Of a stretch of 64,000 nucleotides of DNA, positions 1 through 9,696 are shown in pieces. The notes beneath the pieces are model-generated. The model saw only the letters and a program-made list of their open reading frames with translations. It ran no database searches and was not told where the DNA came from. Position 1 is the first letter of the stretch. The number at the start of each line of letters is the position of its first letter. Source of the DNA: a virus; IMG/VR virus record IMGVR_UViG_3300042547_000432. One strand, given 5' to 3'. The translations under genes and the position numbers were made by a program.

Positions 1-429
1 GTTACCATAGGAAAATGTTCCACCTGATGAGATGGCAAACAAATCCATGAGGTAATACTGGTTTGATAGACCAAACAAATCGTTTCTGAGGAAGTTGGAT
101 GATACTCCAAATACCCTTGAGATACCAAACACATGATCTGGTATCTCAATAAAGTTTTTTCTGTTCTCCCATGTAGCTTCGTCAGGTGCTGAGGTGTTTG
201 AGAGTTCGTCAGATTCTTGGAAGCGCGTTACATCATCAGCAGTTAACTTATGCTTTAAATACATTCTTTCCGAACCGTCAAAATGACGCTCATGAAAATA
301 CTGTAGAGCATCATCAATACAATCTTCTATTTGTTGATCCGCAACATTGATTTCTAAAACAGGTGCTCCAAGTTTTCGTAGGCAATAATTTTTTAATTCA
401 GTTCTTGTTGCTGGTTTTGACACCGACAT
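1..429 (-). CDS. gp13: Neck protein gp13 (5' part only, runs off the window edge)
   Basis: Hand translation from ATG at 429: MSVSKPATRTELKNYCLRKLGAPVLEINVADQQIEDCIDDALQYFHERHFDG, the typical N-terminus of cyanomyophage gp13. A late promoter lies just upstream. Confidence 0.85.
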   Translation of the reverse strand, partial: MSVSKPATRTELKNYCLRKLGAPVLEINVADQQIEDCIDDALQYFHERHFDGSERMYLKHKLTADDVTRFQESDELSNTSAPDEATWENRKNFIEIPDHVFGISRVFGVSSNFLRNDLFGLSNQYYLMDLFAISSGGTFSYGN

Positions 430-458
430 TTACCAGTCCTATATTTATTTCCTAAAGA

Positions 459-466
459 TATTTATA
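459..466 (-). promoter_or_regulatory. T4-type late promoter TATAAATA
   Basis: Exact TATAAATA on the minus strand 30 nt upstream of the gp13 ATG. Confidence 0.8.
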
Positions 467-491
467 AAAAAAGAGGGGGTTGCCCCCCCTC
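466..491 (-). terminator. Rho-independent terminator
   Basis: 7-bp GC stem (473-479/485-491) followed by 7 T on the minus strand, just after the 2623-aa ORF. Confidence 0.8.
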
Positions 492-513
492 CTTCAAGTA
501 TGTTGGAAATGAA

Positions 514-3500
514 TCAGGCTTGTGATTCAGTCCAGGAGATACGAGCAGTAACTGCGGTACGACCTCTTTCGTTAGCACCAGCACCAGGGAGCTGAGTATT
601 CAAGAATGGAATTGTCGTAACAACAGCGAGTGTTAGAACATCAGGACCATTCGGGAATACATAATCGCCACCAAGGATGCTGTTACCCATTTCAACCAGT
701 TCACCCAGTTCTTGAACTGAAGGAGCACCAGCAGCAGCACGGAATTCGAAGATGGATACACCACCTGTGATTGTATCAGCTACTTGACCAGTGTGCTTAA
801 TAATTTGACATAGTGAAGGAGCACCATAGTTAGTGAAGTAAGCAGCTTGAGACAAGTTACCATTGAGAATTAGACGAACCGAAGAAGCATCTCTTCTGGT
901 TGCTGTTACGGTTGTATTTAAAACACCCGTTGTTTGATCAGCAACTTCTGGAGTACAAACAATACCACAGGAATTCATCTTTAGAATCATTCGGTTAATA
1001 AGGTCTCTTTCTCCAAGAGGACCGACAAGAGAACTTGCGACAGATGGAGCAAGGCGGATTGAAAGGATAGGAACGGCAGTACCAGATAGGTTGCCAGAAA
1101 TACTGACAGTATCTGAACCAACTGAACCAGAAGCAACCGTGAAGAGGTATGCCTTATCATCCTCAAATTTACCATCCATGATTACCGAAGCACCCCAGTG
1201 ATAGAGTGATGGAGCATAAGTTGGATTATTACCGTTCTCAACTTCATAACGAGCAGGTAGGTTACCAGAACGGAGGTAAGCTTCATTCTCGTGGTTGTTG
1301 TGAACAAACTCATGAACATAAGTTACGATACCATCTTGATCTTTGAATCCAAAGCGAACCTTACCAGCACCATACCATGAGTAATCCATGTATGCCATTT
1401 GCTGACGGTGGATATCAAGTTTGAATCCAGTTACGCCATTACCATCACACTTGTCAATATTCCACTGTGATTGAGGCACCTTGAGATCACGAACCTTAGA
1501 CATAATAATTTTTGATCTCGTAGTTCCTCTGTATGAAGGAGAAATGTGAATCGAGGTGTCGGAATCAACAGCAGTGACTTTATAAGTCATACCACGAACA
1601 GCAACGTAGTCACCAACAACTAATTGCTTAGTGAATTTGGTGCCAGTTCCGACAATAGCATTAGATTTGAACGCACACGAAACAGTTCCCGCCATTTGCG
1701 CGGTAGCATTTCTTCTTACACAATAGAGATCTTGACCATCATATTCAAAGAACATACCATTTTGGTCATCAAACATACCAGCACGAACCTTGGCATCTGC
1801 CCACTCATAAAGGAATAGAGCAGGGAATCCAGCAGGATTTACATCAGCAGGAACGCCATTTGTAGCATAACGGAATGTAAATTCATCAATAACATTATTG
1901 ACTGTGAAGAATTGACCATTTGAAGGAGTTGTGTATGGTGTAGCAACACCACTGGTTACAGTTACATCTTCGATGATAATTTTGTTGCCAGCAACTAACT
2001 TATGTGGTTTTCTTGTAACAACTGTGGCGAATTGAGTTCCGTCATGATTGATGCTTGAAACATCAATTGAAGGACTGAAGTTAATACCAGTTGAATACTG
2101 TAGACCTTTACCTGACTGATAACGGAAGTATCTTCTGGTTTGTCTTACAATGTTTACTCCAGGAGCTTTTGCTGCGGAGATTTCAACACCACCATCAAAT
2201 GATCTGTGTAGGTTCAAGCAGTCTGGTCTTACGAACATTTGAGTTTCGTAAATGAATGGAAGTGCCTGTAGAACACCATCACGAATGTTTGAGGTATTCT
2301 GGTTTAAGTAATAATTAGCATTGGTAAGAACGTTATCAGCAGATAAGGCACCACCAGATTGGTAACGAATGTATGAACTACCACAATAAGTAGCAGCAAC
2401 CAAATAATGGTTAAAACCAGCACCAGTTGAAGTAAGTGTAATACGCTGCATGGTTAGAGCGTTGCTCAAGTTGGCAGCAAGACGAATTACATCCTCATTG
2501 ATCTTAATTACATAATAAGTTTGACCATCAGTTAAACCACCAATAGCATTACCGATACCAAATCCGTTCGAATAGTAAACTTTAACCCCAGTGTTTAGAC
2601 CATGATTTGGAATGTAAATTTCGCTTCTTTCTGTTGAGACAACAGGAATTGCTAAACCAGATACAGTGTTGGTAGTTGATTGTGGGTTGAAAATAATTTG
2701 ACGGGTTGGGTATGGATCAGTAACAACCATATCAGCGTCATTATTGATAGCAATTACTTGCATATCAAATACAAAACCCTCTACTTTTTCGAACCTATGT
2801 GTCGAACCAGTTCCACTTGCGGTTGGAATAACTTGGTCTACACCAGCACCAGTTGAACCCCCAATAAATGCTCCAGATGGAGAAGTGTGAATAGTAAAAT
2901 CATTATCATTGATTACGTTAACGTAGTAAATTGTATTAACAGTCATACCAGCGTATGGCTGTTGTGGTAACTGAGAGACATACTCCTGCCAGTTACCGTT
3001 AGTAGCTTGGTGCCATCCACCCTGAGCATCCAATTTATACATGATAGCATCACCAGTTGATAATCCATGACCACTAATATTGAATATACCAGTGGATGTA
3101 CTGGTCAATGCGTTTGAACCAGCAACAGTACCAGAGAAAACAAGAGTCTTAACTGGCATTCTGTTAGATAGTTTGATACTATCTCCACCTCTGTATTGAG
3201 CAAGGAATCTTGTAGAATATGAAGGTAGTGGTGGAAGTAGCATCCAGTTAATGTTTGCTCTACCGTCACTATCTTGTACTGGTGGTTGGTTGCTGTTTGC
3301 TGTGAATGTCGTTGATCCAGGTGGGGTAGCACCTACAACCGACATGTAGTAACTATTTCTGTATAGAACTACATCACCATAGAGATAGTTATCAGAAGCA
3401 TTCCAGTCTCCTTTGAAAGTTGTTCCTCTCAAAGTTGGGTTGGTTACTTTAAACTGGTGTAGAGTACTTGTACCAACACCAAGAATATCAACAAGGTCGG

Positions 3501-6500
3501 TATTTGTGTAAGCACCCAACCAAGTATTATGAAGTGAGAACTGGTTTGTGGATTGACCAGAGGCAGCACCACCTCTCTGTACAGCCGAGAGATTTTGAGT
3601 ATTGTTTACAAAATATTGTCTACCAGAAACAAGACCATTAATTTGTCTACCGTTACCCCATACCTGATAAATTACACGGTCACCAGTTACAAATCCGTGA
3701 CTGCTTAATACGATTCTATCAGAAGCAGATAAAATAACGGAAGCGGAAGAACCATTAACAATAATATCTCTCGCAACAATAGTAGCAAGACCATTACCTA
3801 ACGACTCACCAGTTACCTGAGAAGTTGTTAAAGTATGACCAGCGTTAATTGTTCCAGATGTGGAATAATTTCTGATAGCAATTCCTTTAATAGCATCGTC
3901 CTTTGTATATGCTAATTCAAATAGATCTAAATTTCTACGAATAGCATAATATGTTCCAGAAACAAAAGAAGTTCCAGCAGGAGATCCACCAGTTGTTGTG
4001 TTAGCTACAGTAACAGAAGAAACAGTAGAAGAAATAACTTTAAATGTTCCATTATATCCATTGTTTGTGGAACCACCAACAGTGACTCCAGAAATAGTTA
4101 CAGTTTGATTTGGAACAATATCAAAAGGTGATGATGGAAGAGTGCCGAAATTATATGTTACTTGAGTTCCAGTTGAAGTAATATTAGTGATTTGTAAATC
4201 ATACAAAGCACTGTATCCTTGTCTTGGGTGAGTATTTCCAGAAGATCTACCAATTTCAAAACTGTTACCATTCTTCGAATAAACAACTCTCGTTCCAGTT
4301 GTAAATCCATGGTTTTGATAGAGGAATGTTCCATTCTTCAAATCAACATTCTTTGATGGATCAAAGATAATACTTCTTGATGAAATATTTCTTCCAGGAG
4401 CAAAAGTCATCTTGTAATCTGATACAGCAGAAGCATCATAACCACCATCAATTGTTCCAGTTGAAGAAACATTGACTAAAGTGTGAGTTCCACTGGCAGA
4501 AGAAGCAAGAGGAACGGAATCATAGTATTGTACAAATGACCAGCTACCACCAGTACCTGGAGCTGTAATATCAATTGGGAATCCAGCAAAAGCAGCAGCT
4601 CTTGAATGCGCTAACTGGAAAGTATTAGCATCAATAGGAATAGCAAAATAAAGTTGAGCGTTTGCTGCTTGAGAAGTGTTGATGATAGTGTTATTAATAG
4701 AACCGCCAGTTGAGAAAGCAGAAATAGCAACTGTTTCTCCAATTCTTAGACCATGGTTTGTTAATGTCCACCAGTTGTTTGGTTCACTTGTGCTACCAAA
4801 ACCAACAGCAAATGAACGAGGAGTTGCTGTATCTCTAACTTGTAGTTGGAAACTACCATTAATACGGTATAACGTAATTTCGTGAGGGATTTGTGTTGGA
4901 GTAGTTCCACCAAATCCTCTTACTACAGTAACAGTATTTCCACTTACGGCGGTTACAAGCATTCTTTCATTTAGATAAGAACCTGTCCAAAGTGTATTTC
5001 CTGGTTGAATAGCAGAACCAATACTTGTATTCAATGTCAATACGGTAGCATCAGCATCATGGAAAATTGTGGTAAAGAATCCAGTGGAAAGTGGGGTAAA
5101 ATCACTAACGTTTCTTACAGTAAATAAGTTACCATTTACGAGACCAGGAGCGCCAACATATGCGCTACCAACTTCAGATGAACCTGTTGATTCGTAACGA
5201 ACAACGTCACCTTCAACTAATGTTTGCTGCTCAATTGGTAGGAAAATTCTATTACCAAATTGGTTAGCAACTGTTGTGTTAGCAAATTTTACTTTGGTTG
5301 TTCCAAATGGTCCCGAAACAGAAGTAGTCGCTTGAGACGCAGTTCCTGTGATTGACATTTGGACAGTTGGTTGACCAGATGGTAGTACGCCAGCGGCAGT
5401 ACTGTACAACTGAACTTTGAAAATATCATCAGTAACAGGGACCATGAAATAACGTGTATTGCTTAATCCTTGAATTTGAGCAGTATTTTGAGTCATTGTC
5501 ATGGTAACTCTTGGCCAGTTAACACCAGTTACATCCTGAACATAATCAAACAGTGGACCAGGGAATCCAGCAGTTCCTGGGAATACCCCTTGTGTATCAG
5601 TGGTGCCATTAGTAAAGGAACCAGAAATACTATATGATGTTCTTTGGCCAGTTATACCACCATGATTTGGTAGATAGAAACTATTAGAGAATCTATTCTC
5701 AGCAATACGAGCACAGAAGAAACGACCAGCACCAACAGTTCTGTTTGTTGTAAAGTTAATTGGGGAACCAGTTTCTGCTAAAGTGATAGAGAATTCCGAT
5801 CTTGATGATAGAGGACCAGTATTAATTAATGTTCTGGCATAGTACTTCTGATATGAAGCATATGTATTTGGAGTCTCTGTTACTCCGCCTGGCATTGTTG
5901 AACCAGTACCGAGCTTAAGAATAATCTCTGCTTTCTCTGTCATGTAGGCAGGTAAATTAGCATATGCGCCGATAACACGGTCACGACCACCCGCAGCACC
6001 ACCAGCAGCATCAGAGAAAGTATCAATAGTAAATCCAGGATGAAGTTGATAAACTCCACCTGCCCAAGTATTAGCCGTGGAAAAATCAATTCTTGTTGCG
6101 GAAGTGGAACCAGAATAGGGACCAGGACCAGCAACAGTTTCTGAAATTCTTAGTTCAAGTTCGTCTTTGTTAACTGGTTCAATAAAGTAGATTGCTGTCG
6201 CGCTGGCTGATTCTACAGGTGGGTTTGAACCCCCAGTCCATGTATTACCACCACCAACATACATTACAGGAACACCAGAAACTAAACCATGATTTTTAAT
6301 GAAAATTCTATTAGATGAGACACATTCACGGGTAAACATTTTCGATGTGATAGACGCCCAATCATGAATTGAAACGCGATTGTGATTCAACCACGAAGAA
6401 GCAGCATCATGTACTTGAGTACGAATGCCAGAACCAAACACTTTAATAGCAGCTGCGCCAACAGTACCGCCAAATGTTACGGGAGTTGTTGACAGAGATG

Positions 6501-8385
6501 GGTTTGTTGAGGATAGAGTGATGGATGTTGAAGTTACAGCAGATACAAAATAATTTGTATTAGTAGTTACTCCAGTCAATGAACCAGCATTAGTGAATCT
6601 AACAACAGAACCAACACGAGTTGGAAGATCACCATCTCCAAGATTTGATAGTGTATTTACTGTTAGAGTAGCACCAGAAGCAGCGGTAATCGTTGGACTA
6701 AAAGTATTTTCAAATATTTTAGTTCTCAATAGAGTGTTTGTGGAAGCTGCTGTGCCAGATAGAGAGAATGTCGTGGAGGCAATAGTCTGATTTGTGAAAG
6801 CAGCACCAGTGCTATTTGATGGTCCTTCCATGATGAAGAAACTATCAGTTTCTCTCCAGTTTTGATTTAAAAATCCAGCAGTAACAGGAGTTGCTTTTAC
6901 TACATAAACACCATCAAGACCAGTAACTCCAGTACCACTTAAAGTAATCTGACGCTCTGGGTATACGCCCATTTGCTTATTAGTTCTTCCGTTGAAAGTA
7001 ACTTTAATTTCAGATTGATTATTTACAACTTGAATTGTCGAAATATTATCTTGAATGTCATATCCTCTGCTATTAAACAGAGAAAATGTTAGGTTGCCAG
7101 TACCAGCAGCGTTGAAATCAACAAGTACATCACCATTGTAAGCGTTTTGTGGGTTTGTTGCTAATCTAAAAGTATCTCCATCAATAACACTAACATAGAA
7201 GAATGCTGAAGCAGCTGCTCCAGTACCATTGTTGTAAATTGGTAATTGACCAGCGGCAACAGGAAAACGACCACCAGAGATGACGTTGATTGTTGGGTGG
7301 GAACCAGTAGAACCAAGATAAGTGATAGGATCACCAGTCACTAATCCGTGATTTGGAATTGTGATGGTGTCATTAACTACAGAAATTGATGTAGCTGCGT
7401 CAATTACACGAAGATATGTTCCTGCGTGGAATGGCTCGTAGGGATTGAAGTCGCCAGTATCAAGACCATATGAAATTCTATCTTCGACATTACCGCCAGA
7501 AGTAATAGAACCAGCTGAGAACGATATTTTGGTGTTGGATAGAGTATTTGTTAGGTAGAAAGGAGAACCTACTTTAAATCCATGCTTATATGGAGTTGTT
7601 ACAGTTAATTCACTTAAAGAAGCGCCATTTGTAACAACTGGTCCTTCATCAACAGAAATACTATTGTCAAAAGGAATTTGTGACTGAACGTAGAAACGAC
7701 CAGTCGTGATGGTTACATAAGCAGTATTAATGCTTACAGGAACTGAAGGAGAACCAGGCTGAACAGTTCTTGTTTCGTATGTAAATGTAAGGTCGGTTGT
7801 CTTACGAACAAGGAAAGTACCTTCTGCCGTAATACTATCGAGACCACGAACATCAATAGGAATACCTGTTGTTAGACCATGTGGTGAAGTACAAGTAACA
7901 GTAACAACTCTACTACCGTTGGTCGTAACGTCGGCAATATTTGTTAGAGGAGTATCGCCAGTAATTGAATAATATCCAGGGATATTATTTACTCTTTCTA
8001 AAGTTTCCCATTTGGTTGCTTGTAGACCATACTCAAAGTCGGTATCAATCAGAGTGTTTGGCTCCGATACACGGAACTTGGATACGGGATCAAGAAGAGT
8101 ATCTACTGGTTTAATTTCTACACCATCTTCTTCAGTGAAAATCTGAAGAACATCGGTATCACTCATACCAGTGGTATCATAATTTAAAGTAACAGTAGTT
8201 TGATCTGTTGCGGTGTTATAAGTAACCGAAGTTGCTTTTAGAGCAGGATCACCAACATTGTAAATTACAATGTTAGCAGTCGCGTTGTTGATTAAGAGTA
8301 ATCTCTTAAAGTTGACATTACCATTTAATATAATCTGACGGGCAGCTTTATTAAATGAATAGTCAAATGCTAATTTTCTTGCCAT
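514..8385 (-). CDS. Giant virion structural / tail fibre-like protein (2623 aa)
   Basis: T/G/S/N-rich protein with about 11 HG(L/F)xxGxxVxY repeat modules and one W-x-G-x-W carbohydrate-binding-like repeat. It lies in the T4-like fibre region upstream of gp13. Confidence 0.75.
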   Translation of the reverse strand: MARKLAFDYSFNKAARQIILNGNVNFKRLLLINNATANIVIYNVGDPALKATSVTYNTATDQTTVTLNYDTTGMSDTDVLQIFTEEDGVEIKPVDTLLDPVSKFRVSEPNTLIDTDFEYGLQATKWETLERVNNIPGYYSITGDTPLTNIADVTTNGSRVVTVTCTSPHGLTTGIPIDVRGLDSITAEGTFLVRKTTDLTFTYETRTVQPGSPSVPVSINTAYVTITTGRFYVQSQIPFDNSISVDEGPVVTNGASLSELTVTTPYKHGFKVGSPFYLTNTLSNTKISFSAGSITSGGNVEDRISYGLDTGDFNPYEPFHAGTYLRVIDAATSISVVNDTITIPNHGLVTGDPITYLGSTGSHPTINVISGGRFPVAAGQLPIYNNGTGAAASAFFYVSVIDGDTFRLATNPQNAYNGDVLVDFNAAGTGNLTFSLFNSRGYDIQDNISTIQVVNNQSEIKVTFNGRTNKQMGVYPERQITLSGTGVTGLDGVYVVKATPVTAGFLNQNWRETDSFFIMEGPSNSTGAAFTNQTIASTTFSLSGTAASTNTLLRTKIFENTFSPTITAASGATLTVNTLSNLGDGDLPTRVGSVVRFTNAGSLTGVTTNTNYFVSAVTSTSITLSSTNPSLSTTPVTFGGTVGAAAIKVFGSGIRTQVHDAASSWLNHNRVSIHDWASITSKMFTRECVSSNRIFIKNHGLVSGVPVMYVGGGNTWTGGSNPPVESASATAIYFIEPVNKDELELRISETVAGPGPYSGSTSATRIDFSTANTWAGGVYQLHPGFTIDTFSDAAGGAAGGRDRVIGAYANLPAYMTEKAEIILKLGTGSTMPGGVTETPNTYASYQKYYARTLINTGPLSSRSEFSITLAETGSPINFTTNRTVGAGRFFCARIAENRFSNSFYLPNHGGITGQRTSYSISGSFTNGTTDTQGVFPGTAGFPGPLFDYVQDVTGVNWPRVTMTMTQNTAQIQGLSNTRYFMVPVTDDIFKVQLYSTAAGVLPSGQPTVQMSITGTASQATTSVSGPFGTTKVKFANTTVANQFGNRIFLPIEQQTLVEGDVVRYESTGSSEVGSAYVGAPGLVNGNLFTVRNVSDFTPLSTGFFTTIFHDADATVLTLNTSIGSAIQPGNTLWTGSYLNERMLVTAVSGNTVTVVRGFGGTTPTQIPHEITLYRINGSFQLQVRDTATPRSFAVGFGSTSEPNNWWTLTNHGLRIGETVAISAFSTGGSINNTIINTSQAANAQLYFAIPIDANTFQLAHSRAAAFAGFPIDITAPGTGGSWSFVQYYDSVPLASSASGTHTLVNVSSTGTIDGGYDASAVSDYKMTFAPGRNISSRSIIFDPSKNVDLKNGTFLYQNHGFTTGTRVVYSKNGNSFEIGRSSGNTHPRQGYSALYDLQITNITSTGTQVTYNFGTLPSSPFDIVPNQTVTISGVTVGGSTNNGYNGTFKVISSTVSSVTVANTTTGGSPAGTSFVSGTYYAIRRNLDLFELAYTKDDAIKGIAIRNYSTSGTINAGHTLTTSQVTGESLGNGLATIVARDIIVNGSSASVILSASDRIVLSSHGFVTGDRVIYQVWGNGRQINGLVSGRQYFVNNTQNLSAVQRGGAASGQSTNQFSLHNTWLGAYTNTDLVDILGVGTSTLHQFKVTNPTLRGTTFKGDWNASDNYLYGDVVLYRNSYYMSVVGATPPGSTTFTANSNQPPVQDSDGRANINWMLLPPLPSYSTRFLAQYRGGDSIKLSNRMPVKTLVFSGTVAGSNALTSTSTGIFNISGHGLSTGDAIMYKLDAQGGWHQATNGNWQEYVSQLPQQPYAGMTVNTIYYVNVINDNDFTIHTSPSGAFIGGSTGAGVDQVIPTASGTGSTHRFEKVEGFVFDMQVIAINNDADMVVTDPYPTRQIIFNPQSTTNTVSGLAIPVVSTERSEIYIPNHGLNTGVKVYYSNGFGIGNAIGGLTDGQTYYVIKINEDVIRLAANLSNALTMQRITLTSTGAGFNHYLVAATYCGSSYIRYQSGGALSADNVLTNANYYLNQNTSNIRDGVLQALPFIYETQMFVRPDCLNLHRSFDGGVEISAAKAPGVNIVRQTRRYFRYQSGKGLQYSTGINFSPSIDVSSINHDGTQFATVVTRKPHKLVAGNKIIIEDVTVTSGVATPYTTPSNGQFFTVNNVIDEFTFRYATNGVPADVNPAGFPALFLYEWADAKVRAGMFDDQNGMFFEYDGQDLYCVRRNATAQMAGTVSCAFKSNAIVGTGTKFTKQLVVGDYVAVRGMTYKVTAVDSDTSIHISPSYRGTTRSKIIMSKVRDLKVPQSQWNIDKCDGNGVTGFKLDIHRQQMAYMDYSWYGAGKVRFGFKDQDGIVTYVHEFVHNNHENEAYLRSGNLPARYEVENGNNPTYAPSLYHWGASVIMDGKFEDDKAYLFTVASGSVGSDTVSISGNLSGTAVPILSIRLAPSVASSLVGPLGERDLINRMILKMNSCGIVCTPEVADQTTGVLNTTVTATRRDASSVRLILNGNLSQAAYFTNYGAPSLCQIIKHTGQVADTITGGVSIFEFRAAAGAPSVQELGELVEMGNSILGGDYVFPNGPDVLTLAVVTTIPFLNTQLPGAGANERGRTAVTARISWTESQA

Positions 8386-8408
8386 TTTAGTTTTTTCTCC
8401 TTTTTAAA

Positions 8409-9308
8409 TTAGAATCCGAAGGTTAGCGAATAAGTTAGAGCTGCCGCTTTAACCGCAGCGATTTGTTGGGTCACGTTACTGGTATTATCACCCTGAGCAA
8501 ATAATTCCCAGAAAGCAGGTGCTTGTTCTGGATCTCTTGCTCCACCATTGGCAATGGTGTATTCTTGGATATTTATCCAAGCACTAGCACCTTTAAATAC
8601 AATTTCACCGATATTATAATCTGTAACAGCACTCCAGGTTCCTCTCCACTTGAGTCCTGTTTGCATGAAAGACCACTTTGTTACATCTGACGAAGGTTTT
8701 ACATTTGTGCTTGCTGTGATAGCAACATATAAAGAACCACCATATTGAACTACGTCACCAGGCTTATATGCTGTTGCCGAACTCCATGCTCCCTGAGGAA
8801 ACAATCCTTTGATAAGAAGTCCCCAATCGGTGGGACTTGATCCAGGAGCAATATTGGTATTTGTGGTGAGTGAGGTGAAAGTATATCCACCATATGCCAC
8901 AATATCTCCTTTTTGATATTCTGTTGTACTTGACCACGTATCCTCAAACTTTAGTCCTTCTAAGTACGTTGAGAATTTAGTAGCATCAAACGTGCTTGCT
9001 GAAGTGTGTTGAGTTGTACAAACATAAATCGTGTTACCATAAGTAACAAGGTCATTTAGTTTGTAGAAAGTGGTTGCTGCCCATGTTCCCTTTACTTCGT
9101 ATCCTGGAACGTGGACATTCCATCTGGTTGGAGATGCTCCAATATCATTGGTGTAAAATGCCGCTTCAGATGCGGCAGATGTATGGTTAGCAGTACAAAC
9201 ATATGTATTGCCACCAAACTTCACGATATCATCAATTTCGTAGGCTGTTGTAGCAGTCCAAGCGCCTCTCCAATTAAATTTTAATCTACCTAATCTGAAG
9301 TCTGCCAT
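8409..9308 (-). CDS. Fibre-associated protein with 5 CBM5/12-like repeats
   Basis: Five repeats of W..xT.Y..GD.V.YGG..Y, for example WRGAWTATTAYEIDDIVKFGGNTY. The N-terminus MADFRLGRLKFNWRG is of the cyanophage type. Confidence 0.7.
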   Translation of the reverse strand: MADFRLGRLKFNWRGAWTATTAYEIDDIVKFGGNTYVCTANHTSAASEAAFYTNDIGASPTRWNVHVPGYEVKGTWAATTFYKLNDLVTYGNTIYVCTTQHTSASTFDATKFSTYLEGLKFEDTWSSTTEYQKGDIVAYGGYTFTSLTTNTNIAPGSSPTDWGLLIKGLFPQGAWSSATAYKPGDVVQYGGSLYVAITASTNVKPSSDVTKWSFMQTGLKWRGTWSAVTDYNIGEIVFKGASAWINIQEYTIANGGARDPEQAPAFWELFAQGDNTSNVTQQIAAVKAAALTYSLTFGF

Positions 9309-9320
9309 GTTAATTTCCTA

Positions 9321-9695
9321 TTATTTTGGTCCTGAGTATGTGTAATTAGCATTAAGTCTTGCGACCATGTAACCATCATCATCAATAAAATACCTCACTT
9401 TTTTGTTTTCAAATCTATACTGCTGGTATTTATCATTCGCATTATTTAAATCACCAAATCCATTAATATTATTTCTGTCTCTTCCATTTGGAAGTGCTTC
9501 TACATAATCTTCATTTAATGAAGCAAATAAATTATCAACTGGTTCATTGCGTACATCAATAACACCAGCGGATAATGTATCTTCTAATGTATAAACTAAC
9601 ATGCCATCAGCAGTTCTTGTGAGAGCATGAAAATCGTAAATATTTGATCCTGAACTACCTCCAGAATTAATTAAACTACTTAAGTTAATAGACAT
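9321..9695 (-). CDS. Conserved cyanophage virion-region hypothetical protein
   Basis: Likely start MSINLSS at 9695, directly after the fibre stop codon. The C-terminus KYQQYRFENKKVRYFIDDDGYMVARLN resembles other cyanophage proteins. Confidence 0.6.
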   Translation of the reverse strand: MSINLSSLINSGGSSGSNIYDFHALTRTADGMLVYTLEDTLSAGVIDVRNEPVDNLFASLNEDYVEALPNGRDRNNINGFGDLNNANDKYQQYRFENKKVRYFIDDDGYMVARLNANYTYSGPK

Positions 9696-9696
9696 T

